DNA of 64,000 nt from a virus: the IMG/VR virus record IMGVR_UViG_3300028844_006278; one strand, given 5' to 3'. Position 1 is the stretch's first letter. The number at the start of each line of letters is the position of its first letter. This document shows positions 63,162 through 64,000 of the stretch, in pieces. The position numbers and the translations under genes are program-made. Under the pieces are notes generated by a model, which ran no database searches, had not been told where the DNA came from, and saw nothing but the letters and a program-made list of their open reading frames with translations.

Positions 63162-63617
63162 CTATTTGGGCTTTTCCGGGGACTCAGCGAGTGCTACAAT
63201 CCGGCGGGCGAACCACACTGGCATCTGCACTCCGGTACCCTGCCTGTCCTTGCCGTCTGCACATAGGCCGACGCAGGATATCTGAGGATCGTATGCCGTG
63301 ACTCGGACATTCATCAGGTCCTCGAGAGAATAGATCAACTTACGCCACTCCTCCCTTGTAGATATTGTATCTCCTTCCAGCTCGTCTGTGAACTTGTCCC
63401 ACGCTTCGACCGTGAAGCATCCTTTAGTTAGACGACCATTGCGGAGCAGTGAGGTGACCTTACCGACTGTGTGGATCTCCCACTCGTTGGCGGGAACGCC
63501 TTGTCGCAGTCCTATCCCCTGCCAGCATACGGCATCCTCGCATTCGTGGTATGTCCTCTTATCCAAGTGCAGGGGCCAGTAGGTGTTGTCCGGCTCCTTA
63601 CATAATACATAGTACAT
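63162..63617 (-). CDS. Hypothetical protein
   Basis: AAGGAG SD; 151 aa. Confidence 0.6.
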   Translation of the reverse strand: MYYVLCKEPDNTYWPLHLDKRTYHECEDAVCWQGIGLRQGVPANEWEIHTVGKVTSLLRNGRLTKGCFTVEAWDKFTDELEGDTISTREEWRKLIYSLEDLMNVRVTAYDPQISCVGLCADGKDRQGTGVQMPVWFARRIVALAESPEKPK

Positions 63618-63719
63618 TCTGTACTCCTTATCGGTTATTTATTCCCAGCAGCCTGTACGGACTATAGGTCTCATTTCATTCGCTTGATTCTGGCTACTTG
63701 CATTCTTTCCCGTCGCAGG

Positions 63720-63944
63720 TCATTGTTCGGATATCCGGTTGTTAGCTTCAGTGACCCTATACATACGCGCTGGGACACCAGCGTAGTCGCAGAAGCTCAT
63801 AGTCCACACTTTTATTCCCAGGTACCGATGCATCCTCTTTCCGCAGCAGTGGCACTCCCATAGCGCTCTATGCATCCCGTATTTTTTCGCGTGATCAGGA
63901 TTGCGATGATCGCCTTGCGATAATTGTTTGGCGGTAAGCATCAT
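63720..63944 (-). CDS. Small Zn-ribbon protein in attC-like cassette
   Basis: AGGAG SD; WECHCCG; flanked by GTTAGC (5') and GCTAAC (3'). Confidence 0.55.
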   Translation of the reverse strand: MMLTAKQLSQGDHRNPDHAKKYGMHRALWECHCCGKRMHRYLGIKVWTMSFCDYAGVPARMYRVTEANNRISEQ

Positions 63945-64000
63945 TCTCCTGACGCCTCGCTAACCAGGCCATGCTCGCCATGCGGCGAGATGGCCGCGTT

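Overview
The window is a 64-kb piece of a large tailed-phage (Caudoviricetes-type) genome. Every credible gene is on the minus strand; the long plus-strand ORFs are antisense shadows. Layout: (i) 1-5.4 kb, head module: HK97-like major capsid protein (absent from the ORF track, runs off the left edge), decoration-like protein, two scaffold-like proteins and a prohead protease interrupted by a LAGLIDADG intein. (ii) 5.5-30 kb, probable virion-interior genes, a portal and a catalytically dead IscS/NifS homologue. This block includes a two-chain multisubunit RNA polymerase with an unusual layout: beta fused to the N-terminal half of beta' (catalytic motif AMDYDGD), with the beta' C-terminal half separate and a mini-intein in its bridge helix. 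(iii) 30.8-48.2 kb, a glycan island with about seven glycosyltransferase domains, methyltransferases and a cytidylyltransferase/SIS/AroB-like cyclase/SDR pathway; a GT25 gene lies at 52 kb. (iv) 48.9-59.2 kb, further probable head proteins, fibre-like and holin-like genes. (v) 59.4-64 kb, small accessory genes, a roughly 1-kb hairpin-dense non-coding region and a D-arm-less tRNA-like gene. Cross-cutting signals are a K-x-A motif and an AYxxGY..K-x-A leader shared by many structural-region proteins (candidate capsid-targeting and cleavage code), a repeated 16-bp quasi-palindromic site, and short attC-like sites around small gene cassettes. All family calls come from motif recognition by eye; no searches were run. 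No terminase, tail tube/sheath, DNA polymerase, RNAP alpha subunit or integrase was recognised.
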